Assembly (NCBI GenBank): GCA_000165425.1 | Contig: CT868474.1 | Span: 248,001 to 312,000 of the forward strand | DNA length: 64,000 nucleotides | Source of the DNA: Paramecium tetraurelia | Taxonomy: Eukaryota | Direction of reading: 5' to 3' | In this document: piece by piece, positions 52,280 to 64,000 of the stretch | Layout: the number at the start of each line of letters is the position of its first letter | How positions within the stretch are numbered: the first letter of the stretch is position 1 | Position numbers and translations under genes: made by a program | The notes under the pieces: model-generated | What the model saw: only the letters and a program-made list of their open reading frames with translations | Databases searched by the model: none | Told to the model about the DNA's origin: nothing

Positions 52280-55204
52280 TCATTATTAAAATTATTCTTT
52301 ATTTTTCTTAACCCCAGTTGGTTTCAAATGTCTTCTCGAGGTGGAAGACATAATTAATCTCATACCACATGCTAATTTAGCTACTTTGTAATAAAAAGTG
52401 AATTTGAATGCCTTTTTTAAATTACTAGCATAGATTGAAGAAATCTTAGATTTTTATTTATTCAAACTTAAAATAATGCTTGAAACATTGCTTTAAGGCA
52501 TGTAATTTTAAAATTAATAAATTTTATCAATATCTAAGTTTAAAGACTTACTAATATGCTTATTATGATCATCTATTTCAATAATGATATTTGAGGATAG
52601 ACCTTACTTTAATGACTTTTACTGAATCAGTTAAGTACTTTGGCCATCTGGATTAATATAACTAGATTCTCTCTAATACCCAATAGATATTTTCCTCTTA
52701 TCCTTATATTCAATGTGCTTATTTGATTAAAGTGATGTTACAAATTTACCAGTTAAGATGTGAGATTGTCTTCTTGAATTCAATTTTTATTATGCGACAG
52801 TATTTGTATCTTGGATTCTTTCCTATCTAATATCAGGTGATTAATCACTCAATGAAGAACCTTCATGAACTTCCATTTTTAAATCACTTTATCTTCTAGT
52901 AGTTGAATCTTTAAACCTTTTGGTGCCACTTATTACTGTTTGAGTTTCATTTTAATTTGATATCAATTCCTATTGCTAAAATTGCACAACTGTATTCATA
53001 ATACCCTAAATTACAATATCTAATTACATTGATTGAGCTAAGAACCTTGAGTTTTTGTCTATCATTTCTTCTTATAAGAGATCGTTATTACAAAGTGAAC
53101 CCCTCTCGTTTTATTAATGTTTCTAAATTTGGTTTATAAGAGATAAGGAAGCAATCGCTATTCATATGATCGGCTTTGTTGCATAAACTGCACTTCTTAC
53201 CAATTAAACTATAGTCAGATAAGTAAATTAGATGATCCTTAATTTATTGAAATAGTTCTTTATCCTTTTGATTATTTTATAGAACTTTCATGAAATCTTG
53301 TCTTGAAATTTTGTAGAGTTATGTAAATTGAGAACTGACGATCATAAATTTTGAATCAAATCCACTCATAAATTGGTATTCTCCAAATGTCTATCCTTCA
53401 TTGTAAGTCTGAACAATTTTCTTAGTTCTTATTTCAACTAATTTGACCTGGCCTGAGTCTATATAATAACTATTTGCTTATTGCATTCTTACATATGAAA
53501 ATCTTTGTGTCTCTCCTCTGGATTGTAAATTATATCATTAGGTATACAATTTATTTATTCAATTTATTATGTCACTTAATTTAAAGTAGGCTTAGAGAAG
53601 TTATTAAATAATATTTTCACGTTCTTGATTATCCGAGCTTTGATATTAAAATTGACCTCATTCTTCAACCCTGTTGGCAATTTCTCTAATATCTATTGAG
53701 CCTATGATTTAGTTATTTTTATTACTTCTATTTTGTTACTTTTGCCTTCTTGATCAACTTAATTTTTAAGATAATTCCTTACTCTATTCTAGATTGAGTC
53801 ATCCACTAAATTGTTCTTCATAAACGTATTGATGAGTATCAATTATCTTCTATTAATGTTATGATAAGGTTAATATGTACTTGTATTAATTTTTCTGATC
53901 GTAAAAGTTCTTAATTATCATTCCAATTGAATTCACAGAATATGCAAATACAAAACTACTGACGAACATTGTGAAATTAGAAAATAAGATCTCAATAGGA
54001 TTTGAAGCTGTGATATCTCCGTATCCAACTGTTACCATAGTCATTGTGGCCCAATATATTGCATAATCATATTTTACCCAGTAGGATTGATTCTCTAGAG
54101 AATATTTACTTAACCAAGATTACTAATTCAATTATTCACACACAAGAGCTAAGTAATGCCAAAGGCATCCGATAATATGAATAAAATAATATAATGAGAT
54201 GATTAAGAAAATCAAATCTAAAATTTCACTTAATCTTCCATTTAAGTAAAGACAATCAACAAAATTGTTAATCTTATTGTAAACTGTGAATATTATAATG
54301 ATAATTTAAATAATTGACAAAGCTTAAGCAATCTGAATATTCTCTATTCCTTAATACATTATTAGCCAGATAATAAAATTAACTAAATCATTAACTATTT
54401 GAAATCTAAGATAATTTTGGATGATTCTTTTCCTGCTTACAATTAGCTAATTAATTTAATTTCTAAATTACTTCTCCTTGCACTAAAATTGCTTTGTTGT
54501 TTGCAACCAGCCCATCAATCAATAAATACAGAAAGACTATTTCAGTAATCCTTTAAATTTCTTGGCTTTATTATAATTAAAATGAGGCAATAAAGGGTGA
54601 TAGCCACAAAATAAAAAAACTACATAAAATACTAAATAAACTCCAGACTTTAACAAATCTATCTTAGGGTAAAAAAACAGGGAATGTAAAACATTATTCA
54701 AGTTTACTAAAAGTTTATTTCTTCTTAGTTCTTTTCCCTTCTAATAATGCATCATCTAAAAATAAATAATTAAGTAAATTCTTTTTTTCTTCCATCATTT
54801 GCTTTGTTAGAAGATGAGCATTAGATAGCAATCTGTCTTTAAATTTGAGTAACATTTATTTGCCCAAGACTTGCTTTAATTATAACCCATCATCTTCTTT
54901 ATTCTCGATTTGAAATTAACTATGAGTGTTTTGCAATTTCTTATTTACTTAATACTAATATAACTGATAAAAATACATCAAACTTTATAGATAAAATTTG
55001 GGAATTCTTTTTCATTAATTTGTTTTTATTAAGGGTTGTCTCCTATTTTAGTGATCTCATACTTTCCATGTTACTGATTTCTGATTGGAATTAAACATCT
55101 GAATTTGATCCAAGTTTTGGATCAACATGTGGAGTAGCTCCATCCAAAATGAACCTTGGAGATGTAAAATCTTTGAAGTCTTACTCACAAAAATAGCTTG
55201 ACAT
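52280..55204 (-). CDS. EAG/HCN-like CNBD K+ channel, copy 4 (closest to copy 3)
   Basis: IHIIGCLWHY, IYWATMTMVTVGYGDITA, QNRVRNYL, FGEYQF, CSLCNKADHMNSDC. Confidence 0.92.
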
Positions 55205-55679
55205 GTATAAATTTAATAATAAGAATAATCTCTGAAAAATAAATTATTCATATTCTCAATATAATTGATATTTAATATTATTAGTCCTATGCTATAAATC
55301 TAACTCCAAAAATGTTGATTAATCCTCATATGAATTTCAATTATAAATTCTAACAATTACTTATTTTACTAGAATTCACAATCATTATTTACCTTAATTA
55401 AAACACAAAAACTATTTAATGTTCATCGTCCAAATGTTTGTAAATTTAATTAATGGAGACTTCCTTTGATTCTTTAATAATTTGATTAATCAATTTTTTG
55501 AATTTAATTTTAATATCTCTTGTCAAAATTGTAATATAAATAATTAATTTCTACCCTAATAAGAAAATTAATAACCTTTTTTAACATATGTTAAAAGAAA
55601 TTTAAATTCGCATTAATAATTAATATATTGGCAAATCAATAATTGCTTTGTAATTGATATAAAAGAAATAAAAAATCAA

Positions 55680-58110
55680 TTCTAGCTATTGACTCGATGC
55701 GATGACTTTCTGAAAAGCATTTGCCAAGGTATGCTTCTAAATAAATATAAATCTATATTTATTTGAGTTTAATCTGTAGATTTTTTGTAAAAACTTTAAC
55801 TTTTATAGATTTTGCAAAATTCATTCTTCAAAAGCGATGAATCTTATACATAATATTAATTTGAAGAACAATGCATATAGTAAGAATTGAGAATATTTTA
55901 GATATTATTTTGTGTGAAATATATTTGAAATGTTCCATTTAATCTAATTCAAAATAACACAAATGGAATGATTGAATATACTCCAGCTGATTAAATTGAT
56001 GATTACTTTTTGTTTAAGAATTATTAGATGAATTCATTCCTTAATATTGCAATTGTAATTAGTCACTACCTTAAAGAAATTATTATTTATTGGTAACATG
56101 CCTTTTCGAGGGATCCTAAGAGGAAAATTTTCAATTTTATTTATTTTTAGAGTATCACTACTTTATCGATTAGAATTTTAGATAGACTCTAAGTTAATTG
56201 AATTTATGTACTTTTTTCCTAGATATATTGTTATTCTATTCCCAAATTCTTAGGAAATACTAATTTCATCTTGATGCTAGATTTTATTATGCGTTTCATG
56301 ATCTTCGTGATGATTGAAGATTCTTTAAATTCTCAAATTTTTCTCATGAACAATGATCTCTCTTGGTAGGAATAAAACAATTAATTTTTAACAAGAAATT
56401 CTTTATCTGGTTTATAGGTAAGAAAATGCAATCGTTAATTAGATGATATCCTTAACATGCTACACAATTAATAGATAGATCTTAATAATGAAATAAAATC
56501 TTGTTTCACATTTCACAATATTTTTGGAAGTCCATAATAAACCTTTCCAACATTTCTAAATTGTTTTATTAGTTTTGTTTCAATACGATTTTTTTCCCCC
56601 TTCTGGATTATAAAAATTGAATTTTCATTAGTAGATTTTGATTAGAAAATGATTTTCTGGGAGTAATTCACTAAATATTCATACTGCAAACGATTTGATG
56701 AATTGTAGACGATTGATAATTCTTATTGAAGAATTCAACACAAGTGAATGCTTTAATTTAGACATCTTCTAATAATCCTATTTTAGATTATAAGATACCT
56801 TCTCTATTTATTTAATTTATCTCTGATTTATTTCCTTTCACTTGTTGCTCATGATGATATTTAAAACGTTTCTAATTCAACTTTGCAATTACAAAGAAGC
56901 TTCATTTTTATCCATATATTGATTTACCAATAGTAGATTCCTCTTTTAAGATTGTTTTTGCAAATCAATATTTGAGAATATAATTGCAATTGCATTAATT
57001 TAAAATGCAAATACTACAATTGCAAAGAATATCATAATGATTGCACAGATATCTTCATAAATATTGTATGGAGTGACATCCCCATATCCTAAGGTTACCA
57101 TCGTAGCAGTTTCCCATTAAAATTAGTAACCATATTTAGGAAATAATGCAGAATGTTATAAATTTTGTTGTTGAATCCATGAATTTGAGAAGGAAGATTA
57201 TCTTATGTTGCCAACATAATACTGTTATGTTAAGTACTTATAATATAGAGTGAATTAGTAGAAATAAAATAATCACAATACCAAATGCATGCCATAAAAT
57301 GAGTAAAGTAAAAAATAAGAAAATAAATTGAGACAAATTCAGTAAAATATGATTGAATGACAAATATTTCTCCATATCTATTAATGGTTTTTTTGAATTT
57401 AATGGAAATTTAAGTAATTGTATTAGTAAAATCATCTCAGTAAAGAAATAGATTGTGATTGATGCGATGGCATTTTGGTATAATACTTATATGATGTTGT
57501 GTTCACTACATTATATAACATTTACAATTTTTTATTGATCTATAATCCCTCTATTTGACTTGAATCAAATCCAAATAGATAAATCAGCATTTTTTCAATT
57601 TAATTCATAGCGTAAGTGTTAGGAGGATCAAAAGATATCTTGAATGGTACCCACCACAGTCAGTTTTAAGAATTACCAAAACTTACGGGTTGGATTATAA
57701 TTGGGATTTTTGGATGTTAATGAATATTCTCAACACTCCTCTAAAAGTCTACTTGTATCTAATCGAATCTAGTTTCTTGTTACGTTGATGCTTCTTGCAT
57801 TCTAATTCTATCTTATGGAAATTAAGAGGCTGTCTTGGATAGATACCTATAGATTTACATAATAATTTGATGCTTTCTTTAAAGTTACTCTGGTTTGTCT
57901 CATCTGCATATCATGTGCAATATCTTCATGCCATTTCTCATAGACAGAACTTTGGTCCTAACTATCCCATTTGTTCTTTTGAATATGATTAGTGTTTATT
58001 ATATGAATTAATTAAGGTTAGAATTTATCTTAGTAACGCGAAGTACCTATACTTATATCAATTGAAATTTAACTTTTGTTGATCGATCTTGTTGATTCCT
58101 ACTAATCCAT
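55680..58110 (-). pseudogene. Decayed CNBD K+ channel (copy 1/2 subfamily)
   Basis: Recognisable LWWVPFKISF and WETATMVTLGYGDVTP, but in-frame TGA at 57660, 56877 (QS*IRN where paralogs have QSRIRN) and 56668, plus frameshifts and deletions. The 3' limit is approximate. Confidence 0.85.
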
Positions 58111-58154
58111 ATAAATTTAGATTGATTGGGAATTATATTAATATTTTTAATAAA

Positions 58155-58802
58155 ATGTAAGGCAATATTAAAGAAGCATTCTTAAAATTAGATCATTTCT
58201 ACACATCTTCTCAGAAAGGCAGGACCAAATACCTAATTCTGTTTACTTATGAACATAGCATTACTACTCCAGCCTTATTGCTTAGAGTCTATGAGGGCAG
58301 GACTATTTGGATATTGTAGATTCTCGAAAAACACATAGAGGAAATGAGATCCAAAAGTGAAATCAAAGGAACACTCAATTCATTTTTGGATATGATGTTA
58401 TAAGCTTTGGAAAGTAATCAATACTAATTGACCCTTGAAAATTTAAATCTACAAATTTTATTCGAATTTTAACTTACTCAAGGAGTTTTCATTAAGAGTG
58501 TGTTAGATCTAGGGGAAGGCTTCGTCATAGAAAGTAAAGACTCAATCGAATTCTCCAAAGATTTTACGATAGATTTATACGAATCAATGCGATATAAATT
58601 TATTGCTTTGAAAAACCAAAAAGAATCAGAAATTGCTTTAGTTAAATAATAAACAATAGCATCCAAGGATAAGGATGTCCCAAAAGTGTTTTAATAGTTG
58701 TCAGAAGTAAAGGAAGAGCCTCCTAAGAAGAGGGTTGTCAATGGAGATATAGTGATGCCTAACAAGAAGAAGAGAAAAGCAATAGGTGCTCGTTTTGAAT
58801 GA
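58155..58802 (+). CDS. PAXX-like XRCC4-superfamily NHEJ factor (215 aa, intronless)
   Basis: Beta-rich head (KYLILFTY...LLLRVYEGRTIWILQI...FLDMMLQAL...LQILFEF), short coiled coil, and extreme C-terminus NGDIVMPNKKKRKAIGARFE*, similar to the PAXX Ku-binding tail (human GESLINPGFKSKKPAGGVDFDET). Confidence 0.75.
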
Positions 58803-58827
58803 AGAATCATATAATTGTCTTTAATCA

Positions 58828-59490
58828 TCATAAATAATCCTTAATACTATTAACGATTTAAAAATTGTCATCATTGCCTTTATCTTGTTCTTTATCCTAT
58901 ATTTAATCATCTTCTGTTTATTGCATACAGTTATAAGTGTCCTCCTGTTTTGTATTTTGAATTTCTTTTGGATGATTGAGATATATTATTAATCTATTTT
59001 AATTTATAGCATCTAATATAGTTTCTCCTTTTATTTCATGTACCAAATTATTAAGTATCAACTTGATTGAACTTGATCTTAGTTTCTCTATAATTTAATC
59101 TGATTCTTTGCTTAACTATAAATTTTCTAAATTATTATCAGAATTAAGTATTGATTCACTATTATTCTTAATAGGTTCTTTTTTTATTTTTTATGCTAAT
59201 TAATCAAAATATTTCAAATTCTTTTTTGCTTTTTTCCATTTTTTAGAAATTATCGAAGTTAATTCATTATGAGTTGCATTTGGATATAGAGATTTAATTT
59301 CTGACAATTGTTTTTCATAAAAATCTTTCCAATCTTTTTTCTTTGGATTTCCATAATCATCGAAAGCAGATACTCGAATTCGTTAACTATGATATCTCTA
59401 TTTCGTATATTTGTCAGTTTCTAATTTCCTTTATGTTGGTAATTCATTTGTAGTATGAAGGATGTTAATATGTATTTTTTTTGTTGTCAT
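58828..59490 (-). CDS. HMG-box/YABBY-like DNA-binding protein
   Basis: PKKKDWKDFYEKQLSEIKSLYPNATHNELTSIISKKWK matches HMG-box helices 1-2; intronless frame with TGA at 58828. Confidence 0.7.
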
Positions 59491-59667
59491 TTTTAAGAAT
59501 CTAAATTGGTATTTTAAAATAGTTCCTATCTTAAGAGCAAAATATTAACAGGATTTTTATTGAAAATTATTTTGATCTCTTAAATGTATGACAAGTTTTT
59601 TATTTTTTTTTTTATTTTAATCTGCTATAATGACTCTTTGATAAACTAATAATAAATTTAACTGCTA

Positions 59668-60380
59668 ATGAGATCTACCTATTCTCCTGTATAAATTTCA
59701 TTTTATAACAATAGATTATATCCTCTCCTTGCAAATTCGATATTCCAATTACTAAATGTACAGAAATACAATAAAGATTGGATTATCAAACTTGGAGTGA
59801 TGTCAAAAAAGGAATACGTGATAAAGTATAATCAAGAGTTCAAGGATTTGAAAATCAGAAATTCATCTAAAAGAGTGATCTCTTGTACAATTTTAAGAAC
59901 TCAGATTAGAAATTATCATCCTAAGCATTAGCCTTACGATCATCAACATCTTATGTTAAAAATCATTTGGAAAACAAATTCCCAAAATAAGAATCTCCCA
60001 TCAAAATGGGGTTGACTCATGCAATCTATTCTCCAAGTTAAAAACCATCCATTCCAGTAGATGAGATCAAAAGAAGTAATATCTATCCATCTGCTTTTGG
60101 AACATTAACTGAAAAAGACAACTGCAAGACCAAATCATCAAAAAGAGACTTGATAGGTTCCTTCTAATCCAGTTTCGACGTCATTAATTTCTCTCGAAAG
60201 AATAAGCCAATCACAGATCGAGTTTCTTTAACAGAAATTATCAAAATCTCTAACCATTTATCAGATCTCCAATAAACAGATATCACATCCTTAAACAATG
60301 GTTACATTTCAGAACTTGTAGGATTATAATAAAACATAAGCAAACTATTAAATCATGCAAATAGTAAATTAAACAAATGA
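59668..60380 (+). CDS. Hypothetical protein
   Basis: MRSTYSP, a short intron, then an open frame to TGA at 60378-60380. Confidence 0.7.
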
Positions 60381-60413
60381 ATAACCTGTATAAATAAATA
60401 TATTTTATTGAAA

Positions 60414-61274
60414 ATGCCAAATATTTAAGAATCTTTACCCACATTAAGAAGAACATTAATTGGTGAAGTCGAACAATAAATGTTCATCTCTAACAAGTTC
60501 ACCTATCAGATTGCTCAATAGCTCCTTCTATCCAGACCTCACAACACTGATTTGCATCCTCAATTCAAAGGCTATTTTATTGATTGCTTGAAGTATGTTT
60601 AAAAGGCTAATCTCCCTTAAATTGCAATTTTAGGATCTGAGCTAATAAAATTAAAGCTATGAATTGTCGAACAAATAAGAAATAATTCCATTAATACCAA
60701 ATAGCCGTAAGTTGAAGGAAATGCAATTGGACAATATATCAATATTAAACTATTTCTCTTAAATATTGATTTCATGGCACTAGCTTATAAAATTTTACGG
60801 TTTCAATAGGCAGAATTAATTTATTTGAACTCTAGAGATATAAACTAAAAAAAAAAAATTCGGTCCAAACTGTAATTACTCTTTGAAAAGGATTAGGCGT
60901 AGTAACGTTAATCCTTTCCTTGTAACAGAATGTTATTTATGAGTGTAATACTTGGAAATGAAATTTAATTAGATATAGGCCTTGTGAGGGAGAAAATGTC
61001 GGTTATAAATGACTTAGAAATAGAAAATCTTTAATTCTCTAGAGAAAGGTTAAATGGGTTAGATAGATGCAGAAAAGGCAAGTTAGGATGTTCCATATAT
61101 TTATCCACTTTTTAAATGAGAGACTAGGATTGGCCCCATTAAAATTACATTTTCAATATAGTATTGAGAAGTAAGATGAATTGTGTTAGAATGTTGAAAA
61201 TTTCTTCTTAATTGAGGACTTCTTTTACTATATAATACCAAATAGAGCGGTATAATTGTTTGGTATTACATTGA
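60414..61274 (+). pseudogene. Interrupted ORF, probable gene remnant
   Basis: ATG 60414, in-frame TGA at 60660 after 82 codons, then the same frame stays open for ~200 codons; no family recognised. Confidence 0.35.
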
Positions 61275-63630
61275 TTATTGTTGCCAATGACATCATTAAT
61301 AATCCGTAAATCATTTTTTTAGTCATCATTTAATATCTAATATTTTTATTAGGACTACTACACCAAATAAAGACCTCATATACCTGAGAATTTCGATTTA
61401 GAAGGTGCTTTTCTAGCTACTTATAAACGATTAAAGTAAAATGGTTATATGGAAATTTTATTTACTCTTATTTTATAATATTGATAGATGAGGTTTAAAA
61501 TAATTTTAGTTTTCTTTATTTTATTAAACTAATTATTATTATGCCTAAAAAATTTTAATAAATTATGCCATTTTCCAATGCATTACAAATTTATGGATTA
61601 ATAAAATATTAAAGAAGATCAAATTTAGTAGATCATATTGTTTCTTAAATACTGCAATTTACATTTTTACATTAATTAGCCTTACCCAGTTTTATTTGCA
61701 AATTGAATTTTATTTCTAATTTTGATTGGCTTTATTTTGGTCTTTTTTGGTCTTTTTGCTTTGTTTGTACGAACTAAAGAACTCTTAGCTTAAGACTAAA
61801 ATAGTTTAAAAATAGTATGGACATGTAAGATATATACTTTTAATCAAAATTAGGTTTTCATTCACACATTTGAGTTTTTTGCACTTCTAAGGTTTCAAAA
61901 TAGTAGATGAATAACATGTAAAATTAGCACTTAGATTACCAAAAAAGCTGAATTAACGAAATGAAGAATACGAGTATTTGAAAGCATCTACATTTTAGAA
62001 TACAATATAACATTCTGATTTATAACTCTATACAATAAAAAGAAACGATTAATCTACAAAAATGCAGAAAAAATTTAAGAATAAATAAGCTTTTACTTTT
62101 CGTAGACTATATGATTTTAATCAAATACTTAAAATAGATTGCTAGACAAGATTATTAAATTAGATGCCACCATATCTTTTAATAAAACTATTTCTAAGGA
62201 TAAATACACAATTATTAAAATTAATAAATATGAGATTTTTGAATATCATTAAAGATAATTTTTTTTTTTAAGAAGTAATACATATACATAGATATAACAT
62301 AGACATTAAATATTCTTTAAGAATCTCGTTAACTATATTTTTTATCATAGCGTTTGAATTTTTAATTCTTAATATCATTAATAAAAACAAGTTATATCTG
62401 AATCTTAAATAGACCATTATCAAATCTCTGCATTTATTATCAAAATCAGAGATAACTAAATCTATTTAGTAGATAGCATGGTTGAAGTTGCAATTGAGAT
62501 TCCTCATTGACCTGGAAACCATGAAGTTTTTGAACTCTAAAACTACTCAAATATCATATTGTGAATAAATAACTAAGTATGATGATTAAGAATCAAACGT
62601 TTAAATTCATACTAAAGCTAATTCATATATTGAATCCGCTTAGTGGATTAGAATTAAAGTAATAATTAATAATCATCATAGATCTCATTTTACTATATTA
62701 TTTAAGATTTATCGTCATTATTTCCTCCTTTGTTTTCTATTATTTACTATTCGTTCAAGCATTTTATATGGAGCCTTGAGTATATTCAGTGAAAATTCCT
62801 TTTGTCAAGATCAAGAACATCTCTATGCAATGGTGAGCAATAAAAAACTCTACATATATGATTAAAATTAAATAAATCTTATACATAGATAATTCTAATA
62901 CAGCTATTGAAGTGATCAAGAAAAAAGTCGAAGAATTTATTAATTAAAATACAGGATGAATCAGAACAGATTTATGAGACTAATATTGATCAAGTATTCT
63001 AAATGTTTTATGGAAATTATTGTGAACTTTTTTTAGGTTTAATTTGATATAAATTATAGAAATAATGCCAAATAAAGGAGTTGATAATTATGATTCATGA
63101 CAGTATAAATTATGTGGTGCATTCACTAGAGGACTAAATCAATATCATTTATTACTGAGTTAAATTGCAATATCTCTCATAAATCCTAATGATACTAGAT
63201 ATGATTAACCAACCCTAAATACTCTTTTGAATTCAGTGAATTAATTCATAAAATCTATCTTAGGTGCAATAAAAATGCATATCATATTAAACAACTCACC
63301 CTAAATCTTTGGTTTGAATAGTACTTTCTCTATTCAGATAATGAAATGTTTCTAGAAATTCTATCAATGTATTTTATATTTTAACAATGGATGCTTAATG
63401 TTATTTTTTCTTTTACTTTTACTTTTTTATGCTTTTTTATTGAACTCATCTTAGTCAAGAAATTAAAAATAATTATAAATAAACATTAAAATATATTCAT
63501 AGATATTACTCAAATGAAGTGTTAAATAATCAGTAGAATATTAGAGTCAGATTTATAAGAGAAGGTTTTATTCAAAAATGAAATAATTTGTATAAATCGA
63601 TCTAATAAAATGCAATAGTTAATGAATTCA

Positions 63631-64000
63631 TCATCTTTTTACAACATGACTCGTTTTATTTTTACCCTAGTTCACATGAACGATAATTTTGTCCTCATCC
63701 TTTTTGACATTCTATAAGGAGCTAACTTTATCTTAGAGTTCCCTATTCCTACTACGCAATAAATCTTCCAGTTGTCTCACCTTGGCCAACAAGATCTCAT
63801 AATTATGTTGTCTACTTAGAAGTAAATTGATACAGATCATCTCTTTCATTTAGTGAATCATCCAGTTAAGCTTTAAGATTAGCAATTACTTATTGTAATT
63901 CTACAATCTTTCTCTTTAACACTCTGATTTCCTCCGTTAATTCCTCATCATCAGATTCACTTTCGACTTTCTTTTAAATATTTTATTAAACCACAATTGG
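63631..64000 (-). CDS. 3' end of a coiled-coil protein gene that starts beyond the window
   Basis: ESDDEELTEEIRVLKRKIVELQQVIANLKAQLDD..., one 22-nt intron, TGA at 63631. Confidence 0.7.

Noticed and set aside
55680..58110. Retained germline IESs as the cause of the broken channel ORF
   Set aside because: The lesions are point nonsense changes and deletions relative to paralogs, not TA-bounded insertions.
60660..60662. Selenocysteine TGA
   Set aside because: No redox motif (UxxC, CxxU, GCUG) or selenoprotein similarity, and no SECIS element was recognisable by eye.

Overview
AT-rich, gene-dense eukaryotic DNA that reads as ciliate macronuclear sequence, most consistent with Paramecium. Conserved proteins translate only if TAA/TAG are read as Gln and TGA is the sole stop (translation table 6). 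Genes are split by ~20-34 nt GT..AG introns and separated by tens of bases, so the supplied standard-code ORF track is mostly fragments or antisense artefacts. Manual translation gives about 30 protein genes, one clear pseudogene and a degenerate stretch near the right end. The genes include a CCDC17-like protein, a peptide-deformylase-like protein, a MYND-finger Aurora-like kinase, a CHTOP/FoP-like protein, a monoglyceride-lipase-like hydrolase, a DYRK, TMEM230-like, four intact EAG/CNBD-type K+ channels plus one decayed copy, eL43/RPL37A, PAXBP1/GCFC-like, a TmcB/C-like PAS membrane protein, a CK1-like pseudokinase, AsnRS, CSN3-like, two tandem LRR proteins and an HMG-box-like protein. The most notable items are: (1) a ~1213-aa ORF fusing HMG-CoA synthase, class II HMG-CoA reductase and a C-terminal domain resembling a degenerate trans-prenyltransferase; (2) a PAXX-like XRCC4-superfamily NHEJ candidate; (3) several intact pseudoenzymes; (4) an eL43 that has lost its zinc finger and gained a long tail. 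No RNA genes, transposons, CRISPR arrays or telomeric repeats were recognised. All family calls come from motif recognition by eye, and no database search was run.
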